64,000 nucleotides of DNA from Phaeosaccion multiseriatum (taxonomy: Eukaryota; Protista; Ochrophyta, other classes), in NCBI GenBank assembly GCA_965112735.1, contig OZ218952.1, positions 5,518,001 through 5,582,000 of the forward strand, given 5' to 3'. A program made the translations under genes and the position numbers. Below, piece after piece: positions 26,301-40,258 of the stretch (position 1 is the stretch's first letter; each line of letters opens with the position of its first letter). The notes below the pieces were generated by a model. The model saw nothing but the letters and a program-made list of their open reading frames with translations. It was not told where the DNA came from and did no database searches.

Positions 26301-29300
26301 GACCGCTTCCTTGGTGACTCCGATTGGGCCATTGTATGGCGCTACATACCCGTACACACCTCGAGGGTGTATTGGCACCGCATCCGGTATGCCTCCATTA
26401 TACTCGCCAACGGAGAGAGCGACGAGGTGAGGGAGCAGAGCAAAGCGACTTTCAGTTACACTTCCAGTGGGAACTGGGAACAAGAGTTGTTGAGAAGCAT
26501 GATCGATCTGAAGGCCAATGTCACCTGCCCCTCCCGCTCTCCCTCCCTCCCACCCCCCTGATCCCCCCCCCTCCCACCGCCGCCATGCGCCTTCTCCAAC
26601 ATCCTTCCGACTCCCTCCCCTCCCCCCCCCTCCTCTTCGTCAGATCGATCCTCGCAGCTACTCTCGGTGGTGGTCCCGGCTCTTCAAGCAGGCAGGTCCA
26701 GTGACGGCTCAGCAGTCCAACCTGTCACACCTGCCTGCCCGTCTGCGCCACACTTGGCAGCAGTACCATCGCCTTTATCATGCTACTTATGACGCTGGGG
26801 GGGGGCAGATGCTCGACGAGGAGGGAGACGGAGCCAACATGGAGGAAGTCAGGCAGGAGGTGAGGAGGAGGAGGAAGAGGAGGAGAAGGATGAAGAGGAG
26901 GAGGAGGAGGAGGAGGAGGAGGAGGAGAAGGAGGAAAGGGGCAAGAGGTGTGAAGGGCTTAGGGGCGTGGTTCCTTCTTAATTCGTTGAAACTGGAAACT
27001 GAAACCCACCTGACACCAAATGACTCCCCCTTGACACCAATGACCGCAGGTGGGCAAGGTGATCGAGGCCAACGTGCAGATGGAGATGGGTAATGAGGAC
27101 TACCGAATGCTCGCAGACAGCACAGTGCATATGCCAAGGACGGGTATCAGGGGCTCCGGCTCCGGGGCAGGGGATGCAGGGGGGGAAGGGTCAGCGTTCG
27201 CTTCTTCGGCGAGCATCGACGGAGCTCTGAGTCAGGCGGCGGCGCTGCTGGACTCGGGCCATTCGACTGTAGACGCCGGGGGGACGGGAGCAGGTAGGTG
27301 GTGAGGTGGTAAGGGAGGGGTGGGATCGTTCCACGCCCTTCGGTCATTAGTTATCACATAGGTGTGTGTCAGAAGCAAACAAACTACTCCAACACACACA
27401 CACACACACACACACACCGTCTCCCTTACCCTTCCCTCCTCCCTCCTCCCTCCCTCTCCCAGACGGGCTCTCAGGCAGCGGCAGACCCCACAGTACGGGC
27501 CGACACCTCATGAGGAAGATGATGTGGCGCAGTCTCAGCCACAGTCTGAGCCACGCAGGGGCCTCCTCCTCCTCCTCCGCCTCCTCTGTATCCGCGGGGC
27601 AGGGCGGCGCGTCCAGCAAGTCTTCCATCCCCTCCGACAGCTCGCGGAGAAACACCATCGGTAGTGGCGGGGACCAGCCTTCTTCGTCCATGGCAACGCA
27701 CAGGGCGGGCGGCGGGTAAGAAGGGCACATGGGCAGGCAGGTGTATGGGCAGGCAGGTGTATGGGCAGGCGCAGAGGCCCCGGGACTGGCGTATAGGCAG
27801 AGAGATAGGCAGGTATATGGGCAGATGGGCAGATGATACTGTCCGTGTTACTGCCCACGCTGGGCCCTTTTCTGACCATTGGTGCTGCTGCTCCTGCTGC
27901 TCCTGCTGCTCCTGCTGCTGCGGCTTGCCTGTACCTCTCTCCTCTCTCTCTCTCTCTCCCTCTCTCTCTCTCACTCTCTCTCTCTCACTCTCTCTCTCGC
28001 TCTGGCTGGCTGGACAGCAGCAGTGGCCACAGCCACGACCACAACAAGACCCCTCTGAGGCCTCTGAGGCCGTCCATCAGCCTCGCCAACATACAGGCGC
28101 TCGACACCCATGCCCGAGAGGTGGTGAGTGGCGGATGGCACTGGATGAGCGCTTTCTTTGGTTGGTTCGCACTTTTGCCTTGGCACTCGGGCTCCGGCTG
28201 CTGCGTAGCTCTTTTGTACGGTCTCTCTCTCCCTCTCTTCTCTCTCTCTCTCTCTCTCCTCGCTGAGGCCTAAGGAGAGCCAAAGCTGCAGACACCCTGC
28301 TGCACGCCGTCACTATGCGCCACCTCCCGGATGTGCCCTGCCCATATGCCTGTACCCTGCCCTGCCCCACACACCTCTTAACCCGTCCTCCCGTGCCATC
28401 CCCTGCCATCCCCTGCCATCCCCTCCCCATGTAACTCTCCCCTGCCCGCCCACCCCCCTCCCCTCCCGCCTTCCGTCTCCCTCCCCTGCCCATACACCTC
28501 TACCCTCTGCCCCAGGAGGGCATCAACCGAGACGCTCTGCACACAGGGCGAGAGAGCGTGCACAGGGCCAGGGCCAAGGTGCAGAGGATAGACGAGATGC
28601 TCGCAGAGGCAGAGCGGGCCGCAGAGAATGTGAGTATCGGTTAGTTAGGTAGTATATACACCCTTTGGTAGCCAGTGAGACGGATACTCTCTAAAGTCGT
28701 GGCTGCGTGGGCACGCACTATCAGCTGCGTGGACACGCACGCACGCACTCACTCGCTCGCCCCGCTGCCTCGTTGGTCATTCGCACTTACTGAGTCACAT
28801 CTACCATCTCCACCACACTCCACAATCACCACCACCACCGCCACCACCATCACCCGCACCACCACCACCACCACCACCACGACCACCACCACCATCACCT
28901 CGCTCCTCCCTCCCCCCCCCTCGGCCATATCGTTGTGACATGCTCTCATCAGGAGCTGGCGGCGAGAGGAGGCAAGAAGCGCAAACTTCTCCGTTCCAAA
29001 CTCACCCTGGACCACAAGGCCAAGACCATTCTCAAGGAGGCAAGGGGGAGGGAGCTTGCGCACGTGTTGCAGGCTTCAGAGGGGGAGCAGATGGCAGAGG
29101 CGAGGGTCAGGTTTGTAACAGCGGTCAAGGCCAACTATGTCAGCAATTTCCGCAAGGGGTGGCTCAGCGACTCCGGTTTGAGGGTGCTGCAGGACAATGC
29201 CAACGAGCAGCTGGACAGGTGGGTAGTAAGTCAATGGGTGGGTGCGTGGGTGTTGGGGTGGGTGGGTGTGTTGGGTTGAGATGAGTGGATTGGTGGGTAG

Positions 29301-30475
29301 GTGAAGGGGTAGGTGGATGGGTGGGTGAGGGGTGTGGGTGTGTGTGTGTGTGTGTGTGCGTATGCTGCTGCGGGCGACATGGCAAGTCATGCAGGCGAGC
29401 AGTGTCTGCCGAGCCAGCGAGGGGTGCGGTGAAGAGCGAAGTGTCAGGTGTATGTACCGGGAGCAGTTAGGCGAGAGTAATGGAGAGCTCGCTTCGCCCC
29501 GTCCCTCCCCTCCCCCCTCCCTCTCCCTCTCTCCCCCCCTCCTCTCCCCTCTCTCCCCCTCCTCCCCAGGCCGAAGCTCCCTTTGGAGGAGTGGGCAGCA
29601 CTCCAACAATCCTTCGTCATTCCGGACTACCAACTCACTGTGGCCTCAGGGCTGCGCCCTGTGCCCTTTGTGGGCCGCATTGTAGGGCATTGGATCTTTA
29701 AGAAGCTTGCCTTCATCTTTGAGCTTGCCTCCAACTTTATCGCAGCACATGAGGACGTGGACATTCTGGAGCTGCTACCGGCAGGTGAGGGGATGGCAGG
29801 CGATGGGCAGGGGATGGATTAAGGGAACGGCAGGGGACGGGCAGGGGATGGCAGGGGATGGCAGGGGATGCTAACAGCGGCTGCTGTACAACGAACTGCT
29901 GTGCCAACCTATCCCACTCACAGGCGCGGCGGCCGACCAACTTGCCAAGGAGAACTTGGAGCAGCTAGATGCCGCCTCCGCCACGCTGGGGCAGCAGCTG
30001 CCGGCCTTCCCGGAGGTGGCGAGGAGTCTCAAGACGCAGGTGTCCGCTCGCTTCCTGCTCGCCAAGCATCGCGAGGTAGGGAGGGAGGGAGGGAGGGAGG
30101 GAGGGAGAAGCATGGACTGCAACCTGGACTACGTTGTGTCATATGTAGTTCCTCTCTCTCGCCCCAGCTTTTGCTACGCGTGCACCCAATGCTTTATTTT
30201 AATCGATGGCACCCCATGGCTCCTTCCCTCATGTACCCTCAGTTCATCCGAGACCTGGAGCACGTGGGGTTCCTGACTGAGAAGGAGGCGGATGAGCTGA
30301 AGCACGACAACACCGTCTTCCGCACTCGCCTCGACGATCACCCCTACGCTGACCACTTGCCGGCAAGGTGAGAAGCGCCATCTTGGGGGGTGGGTTGACC
30401 TGGGGGTCTCTCCCTTCACTCTCTCTCTGTGTGTCTCCCTCTCTCTCTCTCCCTCTCTCTCTCTCTATTTTTTTT

Positions 30476-30528
<53 letters not shown>

Positions 30529-30624
30529 CCTCCCTTGTGGTACGCTGATGCCCTCTCTGGCCGCCTCGGCTCTTCTCTCTCTCGGCCCCTCTCGTGGTCC
30601 TCGTACCTTTGCCCCTGCTGACAT

Positions 30625-30664
<40 letters not shown>

Positions 30665-31139
30665 CACAGGCAAGTGATCTTGGCGCGTGTGCCCTTCCTG
30701 CGCAGCCTGGGGGAGGAGTACATGTCACAGTTGGTGAACGACGACCACTTCGTGCAGGAAGAGTTCCACGGCTCCAACGTGTGCCTCATTCGACAGGGGA
30801 ACAAGTACTTGCTTGCAGGTGCGTGAGGATGGCAGTGGATGGAGCTGCCCACCCGCCACCGACTGGGAGGGTCGCACATGTAGTGGAGGCAAACAATGCG
30901 ACGAAGGGACTGACTTGACTCCTTGACCCCGCCCATACCCGCGTCCACTGCCATCCACCACTCCCCACCCCTCCCCATCCACTGCCATCTGCAGGCAACG
31001 CTCGAGGGCGGGAAGGATGGTACTATATCGTGCGCGGCTCTGTGCAGATGGTCGTCACACGCCCCGACAAGGGCGAGCGGGACCAGACCCTGCATGCAGG
31101 TACAGTACGACAAGAGCAGGAGGGGTGGGACTGTGCGTT

Positions 31140-31178
<39 letters not shown>

Positions 31179-33216
31179 ATGTATATGTGGGGGGAGGAGA
31201 GGAGAGGGGGATGGCAGTGGATGGATGGGGCCGGGCAGAGACGTGGGTAGTGATGTGGGCTCCTCCCTCTCTCTTCCACAATCCTCAACCCCCTCCCCTT
31301 CCCATCCACTGCCATCCCCCATCCACTGCCATCCACTGCCATCCACTGCCATCCCCCCCCCCCCCCCCCAGGAGCGGTGTTCGGCATGACGGACGCAATG
31401 TTCGAGCTCCCCTTCAGAGCCTCCTACATGACCACCTCCTTCGTGCATCTCTTCTTCTTCGACAAGCAGGTAACAGACAGACAGAAAGGGAGGTAGACCG
31501 ACAGACAGACAGACAAGACAGACAGACAGACAGACAGACAGACAGTCGGGCTTGTGGGGGAGAGGGGATGGCAGGCAGCTCAATCATGCCCTCTTCCCCT
31601 CCGTCCCTCCCCTCTCGCCCTCTCCTCCCTCTCTCCCTTCTTAACTCTTCCCTTCCTCCCTCGCTCCTCAGGCGATTGTGGAGGAGTGCGCTGTGGAGGA
31701 GGATCTGAACCGCTCCGTGTGGAAGACGGTGGGGGTGAGCACGTTACGGAAATTCTACGGTTTCCACAACATGGGCTTACAGGTGTGTTGAGTTGAGTTG
31801 AGTTCACTTCAGTTCACTTGGAGTTTGGCCTTCAGCTTTGTGGGCTAGTGTTGGAGGGTGGGCCAGTTTGAGCTTCAGTTTTTTTGCTTCCGTTTGGGCT
31901 TTAGTTTTTAAGCCTTGAGGTTTTTTTTGTGGGGCGGGGAAGAGGAAGGCCAGGCCCAAGAGCAGTGATTGTGCTCTGAACTCTGATACCCATCTGTAAC
32001 TGCGTACTGTACGCCCAACTGCAGGAGCTGGAGAAGCTCATCTTCTCAAGCGAGTTTGTCGACCTCTCGGCCGAGGGACAGGGGAAAGAGACGACCAAAA
32101 TGGTGAGTGAGTGAGTGTGTTAGTTAGTGAGTGAATTAGTGAGGGAATGGGGTAGTGAGTGAGTGAGTGGGGAAGTGAGGGAGTGAGTGAGGGAGCGAGT
32201 GAGTAAGTAAGTCAGTGAGTGAGTCACTGAGTCAGTCACTGAGTCAATGAGTCAGTGAGTCAGTTAGATAGTGAGGGAGTGGAGAAGACGAACCGCCGCG
32301 AATGGTGCCTGAGCTAAGCATCGTTGACCATTGGCCCTGTCCCATCCAATGCCATCCTCCCCTGCGTCCCGTGAGTCCCCCCCGGGACCTCTCTTGTGCT
32401 CTACTGACGCGTCTCCTGCCCGTCACTCCCTCTCTCTCTCCCTCCCTCCCTCCCTCCCTCCCTCCTTTCCTCCCTCCCTCCCTCCCTCTCTCCCTCCCCC
32501 CCTCCCTCCTTTCCTCCCTCCCTCCCTCCCTCCCTCGCTCGCTCGTTCGGCCGGCCCACTCTACAGGAGATTCGCGCCAAGCGCCAGACGGCGAAGCGAG
32601 AGGGCAAATCTCCCAACGGGCTGGGCCGTCCGGTGCCTTCCCCCCCTGCGGACGACGGAGCCATCCATCTGCGCAAGAGCAAGAGGGAGGCAAAGACGGA
32701 TGTGCTCATTCGCACCCTCAGCAACATGGGCATGGGGGAGGGGGGCGGGCAGGGGGGGGGGAGGCCAAGCTAAAGGAGATTGAGGTGAGGGGGTGAGAGG
32801 CATATGGGCAGACATACGGACAGGCGTATGGGCAGGCGGCTTTGTTGGCCTGGGGCTGTCTCGCTCATACGTACGGTCTCGCTCACACAAACACACACAC
32901 ACACACACACACACGCACAGGTGGAGCCCAACACATACGTGCTTTTGGTGACGGGATCACTGCTGGCGATGCCCGCCTCAAAGAGCGGCCCCGCCGTGGA
33001 GAACCACTCCTCCCCCTCGCTGCTCACGGAGGTGTGTGGTCAGTTGGTGTTCACGGGAGACACCAAGCTCTTCCTCATACCTCTCAGTCTTGTGCAGAGA
33101 GCCAAGAGGAAAGGGGAGAGACGATTAGGTAAGTGTGGGTGTGCGTGTACGTGTGTATGTACGTGTGTCTGGGTGTGTGGGTGTGTGTGGGTGTGTACAT
33201 TTGTCTGGGTGTGCAT

Positions 33217-33258
<42 letters not shown>

Positions 33259-34469
33259 ACATGGGAGTGGGGTGGGTGGGGACTGGGGCAAGGACATGGA
33301 AGGCCGCACTCTCAATCACTCACTCTCTCTCATCTCTCTCTCATCTCTCTCGCACTCTCTCACACTCTCTCTCTCTCTCCCTCCCTCCCTCTCTCTTCTC
33401 AGACGCGGCGGTGGCGAGGACGCAGCAGACGGTGCAGGGATTGAACGATCTCAGCGTCCACAAAGCTCGCACCTCGGGCATCACCGTGGATGTGCGCCCC
33501 ACCGCTCGTTCAGACATGGCCACACGACTAGAGCTGACCAAGAGACACAGTGCAATGGCCAAGCGGGCGTCGGAGAGAGGGGCGGACGGAGAGGGGGGTC
33601 CGGAGGGAGGCGAGGGAGGGGCGGAGGGGGAGGAGTGGGGAGTGGGCGGCGGGCGGGGTGGGGACGGGCGGTCCTCCTACGACTCGCTGGATGGAGGGGG
33701 AAGACGAAGGCGGACAGGGTCGGGTTCAGGGCTGTCTGGCTTATCCGGAACGTCTCTATCGAGTGTGCAAGAGGAAGGCAAGTCTGATGACGTGTTTTCG
33801 GCCGAGCAGCAGCAACCCGCGCATAAGAGCTTCATGGGCAAGCGACAGCGGGGAGGGGTGCAGCTTGTGAGTCTTGCGAATTCGGCCGCCGCTCCGGTGA
33901 CGATGCAGAGCAGCCATGGGGTGATGGCCAGTCTGTCTAACCTGCAGAGTATTGAGGAGGACGATCGGGAGCGCATGTATAGCAGCGCGGTAGAGACGCC
34001 TCGCAAGAGGAACGGAGCTACGGGGGCCGGGGGGAGGGGAGGGGGGGGGCTTGGTGGTGGCTTTGGTGCGGCCACTGGTGGCCCTACTCTGAGTGGTAGT
34101 GGTGGTGGTGGTGGTGGTGGTGGTGGTGGAGGGGCAGGGGCGGCGGCAGGAGGAGGAGCAGCAGGAGTAGGAGCAGGGGGGGCAATAGGAGCAGCAGGAG
34201 GGGCAGCAGCAGGCGGGCAATTCGGGCTTGGTCGGCTGGGAGGGCGGGGCAGGAGACTGTTCCGAATGGGCTCGGGATCGGCGTCTCCGAGTCGACTTTC
34301 TGCGGTGTCAGCATTGTCCTCCTCCACAGAGAGAGGTGCGGGTACCAGAGACAGCGAGGGGGACGCGGAGGGGGAGGGGGGGCAGGGCTTTAGTTTCCCA
34401 GCCACGGTTACGGAGGGAGGAGACGCTGGCAACGGAGATGGAGACGGGGACAGGACGAAGGTGTCGTAA
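23315..34469 (+). CDS. SOS1/NHX7-like CPA1 Na+/H+ antiporter with a C-terminal cyclic-nucleotide-binding-like domain; many exons, start approximate
   Basis: LPYTVIILL, LLPILIFESAF, LAGPGV, SATDPVAVVALLKELG, IEGESLMNDGTAIV, VSGVLALV, SGLRGAVGLTLAL, TLLINGSTT; CNBD-like VPFLRSL...YYIVRGSV...AGAVFG. Confidence 0.88.
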
Positions 34470-34658
34470 TCCCCCTTCCCTTCCTTTCTTTGACTCTCTT
34501 CTAGTTTTGTAAGAATATTCAATGAATATTTTTGTACCCAATCGCCAATGGATGGATGTACCAGTACAGACGGGGGCGAGGCCACGCACAAAATCGGCAC
34601 CTCCCACCCCTTCCGTTCCCTTACGATGCTGGACCTGTTGCTGCCTGCCTGCCTGCCT

Positions 34659-34689
<31 letters not shown>

Positions 34690-35035
34690 GGGCGATCGGA
34701 GCCTTCTCCGCCGCATACTCTCTCCCCTCGTGCTTTCTGTGCGGGTGCCTTTTGCACTGACACTTGACACTGGGTCCACCCTACGAAGGAAGACACCACC
34801 CTCCTCCCTCCCTCCTCCCCTTCGGGTGGTGTGGCACAATGTGGTGTGATTTGGCTCGCTCGGAGGGAGGGGAAACAACCCCAACAAGACCCACCAACGG
34901 AGCCCCTTGGTAGACCGACTCGACCACCGACCACCAAGTACCCACAGTCCATCATCAGTTCCTGCTCGCGCAACAACCGGTTGAACTAGCACCTTGAGCT
35001 AGGCGAATTTGAACTTTACGACTTGGAACAAGTAC

Positions 35036-36491
35036 CTAGCCGAGCAGGGGATGCTTGGGCTTTCCCCTCCCCCTCCCGGGGCCCATTCTACGCTGGAACA
35101 TGGAGTCCGGTACCACACGCTCGTCCATGTCCGCCAGCTCCCCTTCATAGAACCATACCCCGCCTCCCTCGCCCTCTCTCACAAAGAGACTTCGCTCAAA
35201 GTGGTCCAGGTTCTTGCCCCCTGCCTCCACCAGGGCCTCGAACTCCACGTAACCGCTGCTCGCGCTGATCTCAATCACCTTCTTGACGTTGAGGCCCGGG
35301 AACCTTTGGGGGGCGGGTTGGGGGTGGGTGGTTTGGGTGGGTGGGTGAGGTGGGGTGAGTGGGTGGGTCCTTGGTACGTATTGAAAGTAGCGCTGTCATA
35401 TGGCCATCCCATGAGACTCAAACGATGCACTCTGTCTGTACACACACGTACACACGCACGCCGCACGCACACACATACATACTCGCGCCTGCCTCCCTGC
35501 GTACATGTAAAAGTTGCAGAAGTTGTCGATGCTCTTCCTCCAGTCCGTCCTGTCGCGGCGCCACTGGGGGAGGGGAGAGGGATACACAGCAGCAGTTGGT
35601 GATACGGCAGCAGTTGGTGAATGAAGGCGAGGGTGCCAAAGGTTGGGTACAGGGTGAGCGCGACTTGTACTGCAAAAACTCGACCGACAAACTGGCGGGC
35701 CGAGAAGAACGGCGTGGAAACCAGATGTGCGAGAGAGTGCATACATTTATTCATTCCAGAGCCCAAGCCCACACGCCAAGCCCGCCCACTCGTGCCTCTT
35801 CCCATGCCCCAAGGGCAACTTCGAAGCACCGCTTCAACGGCTTTGCTACAACGGCTTTATTCGTACGGCCTGTCCTTACCTCCTCGTTGGAGGGGTGTGT
35901 GGTATCCATGATGAACTCAGACAGGCCCAAGTGGTAGGCGCTGTAGCGGGAGCGCAGGAGAGAGAGCGGGTCGGGGCAGTTGGAGACGCCGTCGTGGTAG
36001 CTCTGGCAGCAGTTCCCTGTGCAGCAACGAGAGCAGCAGTGCGGGAGGGGTTTGAGGGGGGGGGGGCTCTTCTCACGCTAGTGGATGAGAGATGAGGAGT
36101 GCACACGCTTGCCAAGGAAGGGAAAGGCCGTCCCCTTGCACTCACCGTAAGTGTCACCGGACGAGCAAGGGCAGGGGCCTTCGGGGTCAACCGGGGGGCG
36201 AACTCGTTTCTTTGGCGCCTTTGGGCCGACGCCGATGGGGCCGGGAGGGGGACCAGCATGGACCTTAGGGAGCTTGGGCGGCTTTGGCGGGCCGAATCCT
36301 ACCCCAGCCCCATCCCCTTCTCCATCCTTATCCCCAACCCCGCCCTCTGCCCTAAGTCTACAGCTCCTGCGGCCACCCTGCAGCAAATGTCCTGCTCCTG
36401 CTGTTCCTCCTGCCAGGAAGGAAAACGCCTGGTGGACGTTCAGAAGGACCGAGAGGAGGAGGGGAACGCACACGATTCGCAGGGCCGTCAT
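35036..36491 (-). CDS. SEC-C motif / YchJ-like protein with an N-terminal targeting peptide
   Basis: Signal-like MTALRIVCVPLLLSVLLNVHQAFSF; CPCSSGDTYGEC; LLRSRYSAYHLGLSEFIMDTTHP; GYVEFEA...FERSLFVREG..WFYEG. Confidence 0.8.
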
Positions 36492-36660
36492 GGGAGCCCG
36501 AAAGGTGTTTATGTATCGGAGGTGAGTATTTGAGTTGAGTTTGAAGGAGGATACGTAAGGCAATGAATCACAGCATATCGCCAACTCGCGCACCAACTGC
36601 TCAGAGAGGCTGAGACACTCCTTACTCCTTTCTCCCTCAACGCCAACGCCTCCTCTGGCG

Positions 36661-38379
36661 ATGAGCAATGTGCTGGTGGTGGGAGAAGGAGACCAAAAAG
36701 CTGATGCACACATCCAGCAAGCCGCTGCTGTGAATACGCCTCTGCACCTCAAGGGCACGGGCGTGCTGGGGCTGATCACCAGACGGCCGGAGGCATGGGC
36801 TAGTGCCCGTTGCGTCCAACAGCAGTTCCGGACCCTGGGGCTCGCGGACACAAATGTAGATGTGGCCTGCTCGAGACGTGGGCATGCCTTCTTCGGGGAC
36901 AGCGACAGACGAGCAGTGACAGAGCTCACCCTCGGCCACTTCCTCGAGGAGGTGTGTGGCTCTTCATCCGCCGCTTCCCAGAGGGGGCTGGACGGGGGAG
37001 CGGCGTCAACGGAGGCTCCCAACCATCCGAAGTACCCTCCAAGGCCTCCCTCCGCCCGTCCTTCTTCTGCTGGCAATGATGATGGCGTGCAGCTTTACCT
37101 CTGCCAGTGCCCCGTCATCTCAGGAGAGGCTGGAGGAGAGGCTGAATCGCCGTCGCCCGATCTCGGCTGTCTTGTTACGGAGAACCTTCTGCACATGTAA
37201 GGCTAAGTAGGAAGAAGTCGAGGAAAGGCGGGGAGCGGACGCTCGTACCCAGCCTCACTGTCAATACCCATACATATTGCTCTTCTTTTCCTCACACGTC
37301 CAGACACTCCGCCCTTCCCATACCCCCCCCGGCCCTCCGTCATTGCTATGACTAGTCCGGCCTTCGTGGGAGACAAGGCGGACTTCAAGGCCTTGAACCT
37401 GTGGATCGGCGCCGCTCCCACGTCCACCAACCTCCACTTCGATCAGAGCCACAACGTGCTCTTTGTGCTCTCGGGCTGCAAGAAAGTGCGTCTCCTGCCC
37501 CCCTCCGCCACGTCGAAGGTGGCCGCTCTGCCCGCCAGTGGAATGAATGCCAACCACAGCAACCTGGACGAGGAGGCCGTCCTTGCACTCTTGAGGAGCA
37601 GCAGTGGCGATCGGACCGGTCTTGGTGCCGATGATGCAGCAGATGCAGCAGCAGAGGGTGAGGCAGCCGCAGAGGCCAGGCAGCCCTCATCTGTCCCCTG
37701 CGAAGTGTACGTCCGGGCTGGGGAGGCGGTGTTCATCCCTGAGGGGTGGTGGCATCAGGTGAGCTCGGAAGCGCAGACGATTGCGGCGAATGTGTGGTTT
37801 CGGGGCGTCGCCGATCGGTTTCTGTGCCCAAGCGAGTCTCCTCCACCTCAGCCTCAGGACGGCCCCCCGATTCCCACCGCATCGGCCAACAGCCACATGC
37901 GCGAGTACTACCTCCGCTCGCTCGTGAGCTCCCTCTTGCGGGATGAAAAGGCCGCGAGAACGAGGAGAGCGAGACACATGTGCCCCTCTCTGAACGCAGC
38001 TGCTGCGCTGCCCGTCTTGCTGCGGGGGAGTGCAGAGGAGCGGCGCCAGTGCCTCCGAGGGATGGACATGGGCGTCATGCTGGCGACGCTCCCGGATGTC
38101 AAGATGCATCACCCGCAGCAGTGGAGAGAGCTGTGTCGCAGCCTCGACCCTTTGACCTGTGAGTGCATCACCTCGGTGTGGGAGGGGCAGGACATGTCGT
38201 CGGAGATGGCCTCCTTTTATGGTTGTATACTCGGGCAGGAGGAGGAGGAGGAAGAGGAGGAGAAGGGCAGTGGCAGCAGTGGCGCCCCATCCAGTGCCAT
38301 CCGCGACGTGCTCATGCGGGGCAAAGAGGCCTTCGCCGCAGAGGCGTGCGCTGACATGCTGCAGAGGCTGCTGGGCTGA
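36661..38379 (+). CDS. JmjC / cupin-8 2-oxoglutarate-Fe(II) oxygenase
   Basis: LYLCQ; NLWIG..TSTNLHFDQSHNVLFVLSGCKKVRLLPP; GEAVFIPEGWWHQV (HxD...H). Confidence 0.85.
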
Positions 38380-39320
38380 AGGGACGGCAGCAGAGAAGCA
38401 CTGGGGGGAAGGCCACGAGGACTGAAGGCGAGAAGGCGCAGGAGGACGTGGTGGAGGACTCAGGAGGCGTGGGACCCACAAATCGACGAGGAAGGTCTGC
38501 TGAGAAGGAGCGACGTTACTCGGAGTGCAGCGGGGATGACGACCACGACGATGACGCAGATGCTTTTCAGAGCGAGGATACATTGTAAGTCTGTGGAGGT
38601 GTGCGGAGCGGCCAAGCTCAGCATGGATGCACTGCCAGCCAGGCGCAACACAAGACGACCGAGGTGAGGTCCGTCTCGTTGAGTTAAAATTGATCCTCCT
38701 TCAACCACAAACCTTCGGCAGTCACGCGGAATGCACGGAAGGGCGCTGAGGAGGAGGGCCGCCACAGTCTGCGGAGGCGGAGGACATGTGTGGTGTTTTG
38801 GTGTTTTCGTGTGTATCATCTGCTCCGAGGATGCGATGAGTCAATGCCCAGCTTTGTGTTTGGCTGCTGGGGTGGGCCATGGGGCAGTGGTCCGAGAGCT
38901 GCTGTCTTAGGGGGGCCAATCCGGACATTGGCTGGGGGGGGCGTACCTCTCATGGGACGCCTTTGTTTGGTGCGGCTGTAAGTAATCACAGCGGGGTGGC
39001 ACTGAACCAGACTGAACCTCTGTCAGGAGGGGCCTCGCTGAAGAAAGGCTCTGACTCATAGCCCGAGGGGGTAACCATTAACCATGGAGCACCTTGCGTC
39101 CACCTCCTCAGCATGCGTCGCAAAGCGCCTTGGACCTGATGCGGGTGTGTGATGCTCTCTTTGGCAAGGAAGGGTAGCGAAGGGTAGCGCAGAGGTGCTG
39201 CAGGAGGTGGCGGAGGAGATGGGATGGCAAAGCTCACTCAGAACTCATCTTGTCTCTCCCTTCGGCCCTGGACCTGAGGGAGCAGCGGAGCAGCTGGGGG
39301 GTGTGCTTTGGGAGAAGTCG

Positions 39321-39497
39321 GGGTGAGGGGGGGCACTACTTTTATTAAGGGAGAACAGACCAGGGGTGAGGTTTTAGGGTGAGGGGGGGCACTACTTTTA
39401 TTAAGGGAGAACAGACCAGGGGTGAGGTTTGGGTAGTGAGTAAAGTAGGAGCCGAAGTGAGTGAAGTAGGAGCCGAAGTGAGTGACGTAGGAGCCAA
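39321..39497. repeat. Two ~57-bp tandem copies followed by three ~21-bp copies
   Basis: GGGTGAGGGGGGGCACTACTTTTATTAAGGGAGAACAGACCAGGGGTGAGGTTT x2; GTAGGAGCCGAAGTGAGTGA-like x3. Confidence 0.8.
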
Positions 39498-40092
39498 GAA
39501 GACGCGAGGCCATGAGCGCTGGACTCGAGGTGGAAGGCTCATGAGTTCGACAGCCCGTGGCCAGCGCCGTGTGTATGTGTGACGACCCAGCGGAGGTGGA
39601 ACGAGCCGTCCTTGTGACACATGTGAAGGTCAACGCCGCCACCCCGCTGATCGATGGGTAGATGTGGGGGAGGAGATTTGAAACAAGATGAGAGACTTCC
39701 CGCAGGCCCTTACGCATGAGTCCGAGTGTGAATTCGATCTTTATTTCATCTTTTAATTGAAACCGCCCGCGACGACCACGACACCGCAGCGCTCGCTCGC
39801 CTGCATCCTCTCGCCCTTCTCCCTTCGTCGACGAACCGCTTCATCCCGCCCTCTCTTTCGCGAGCGATCCTCCCTCTCCTCCGCCTTGGATCCAAGCCCA
39901 CGACGAAGCGACGGCCACCCTCCCTCCTTCCCCAACCTCCCCGCCTTCAGCTCTTTCTCGTGCCGCAGAGAGGACTCAGGGGCAATGGCTGGCGGACGAC
40001 CCCTCAATATGTACACATCCAGAGCCCCCCGCCCCCACCCCGGCCCAGAGTCCCTCCTGCTGCAGAGCCGATACCCCCTACCCTACTGCCGC

Positions 40093-40123
<31 letters not shown>

Positions 40124-40258
40124 TCGGCCCGTCCCACGACCTCAACCACTCTGTGGGGCCCTGAACACAACAATAGCACAACAACAGCACACAAAGGGTC
40201 TCCCTTCGTCCTTCACCTTCCTTTCAAAAAGATACTCCTCCCTTCCCCATGCCCATGC

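Noticed and set aside
38460-39720. Possible gene between JmjC and CHCHD2
   Set aside because: Only short ORFs, with no recognisable motif or consistent splice model.
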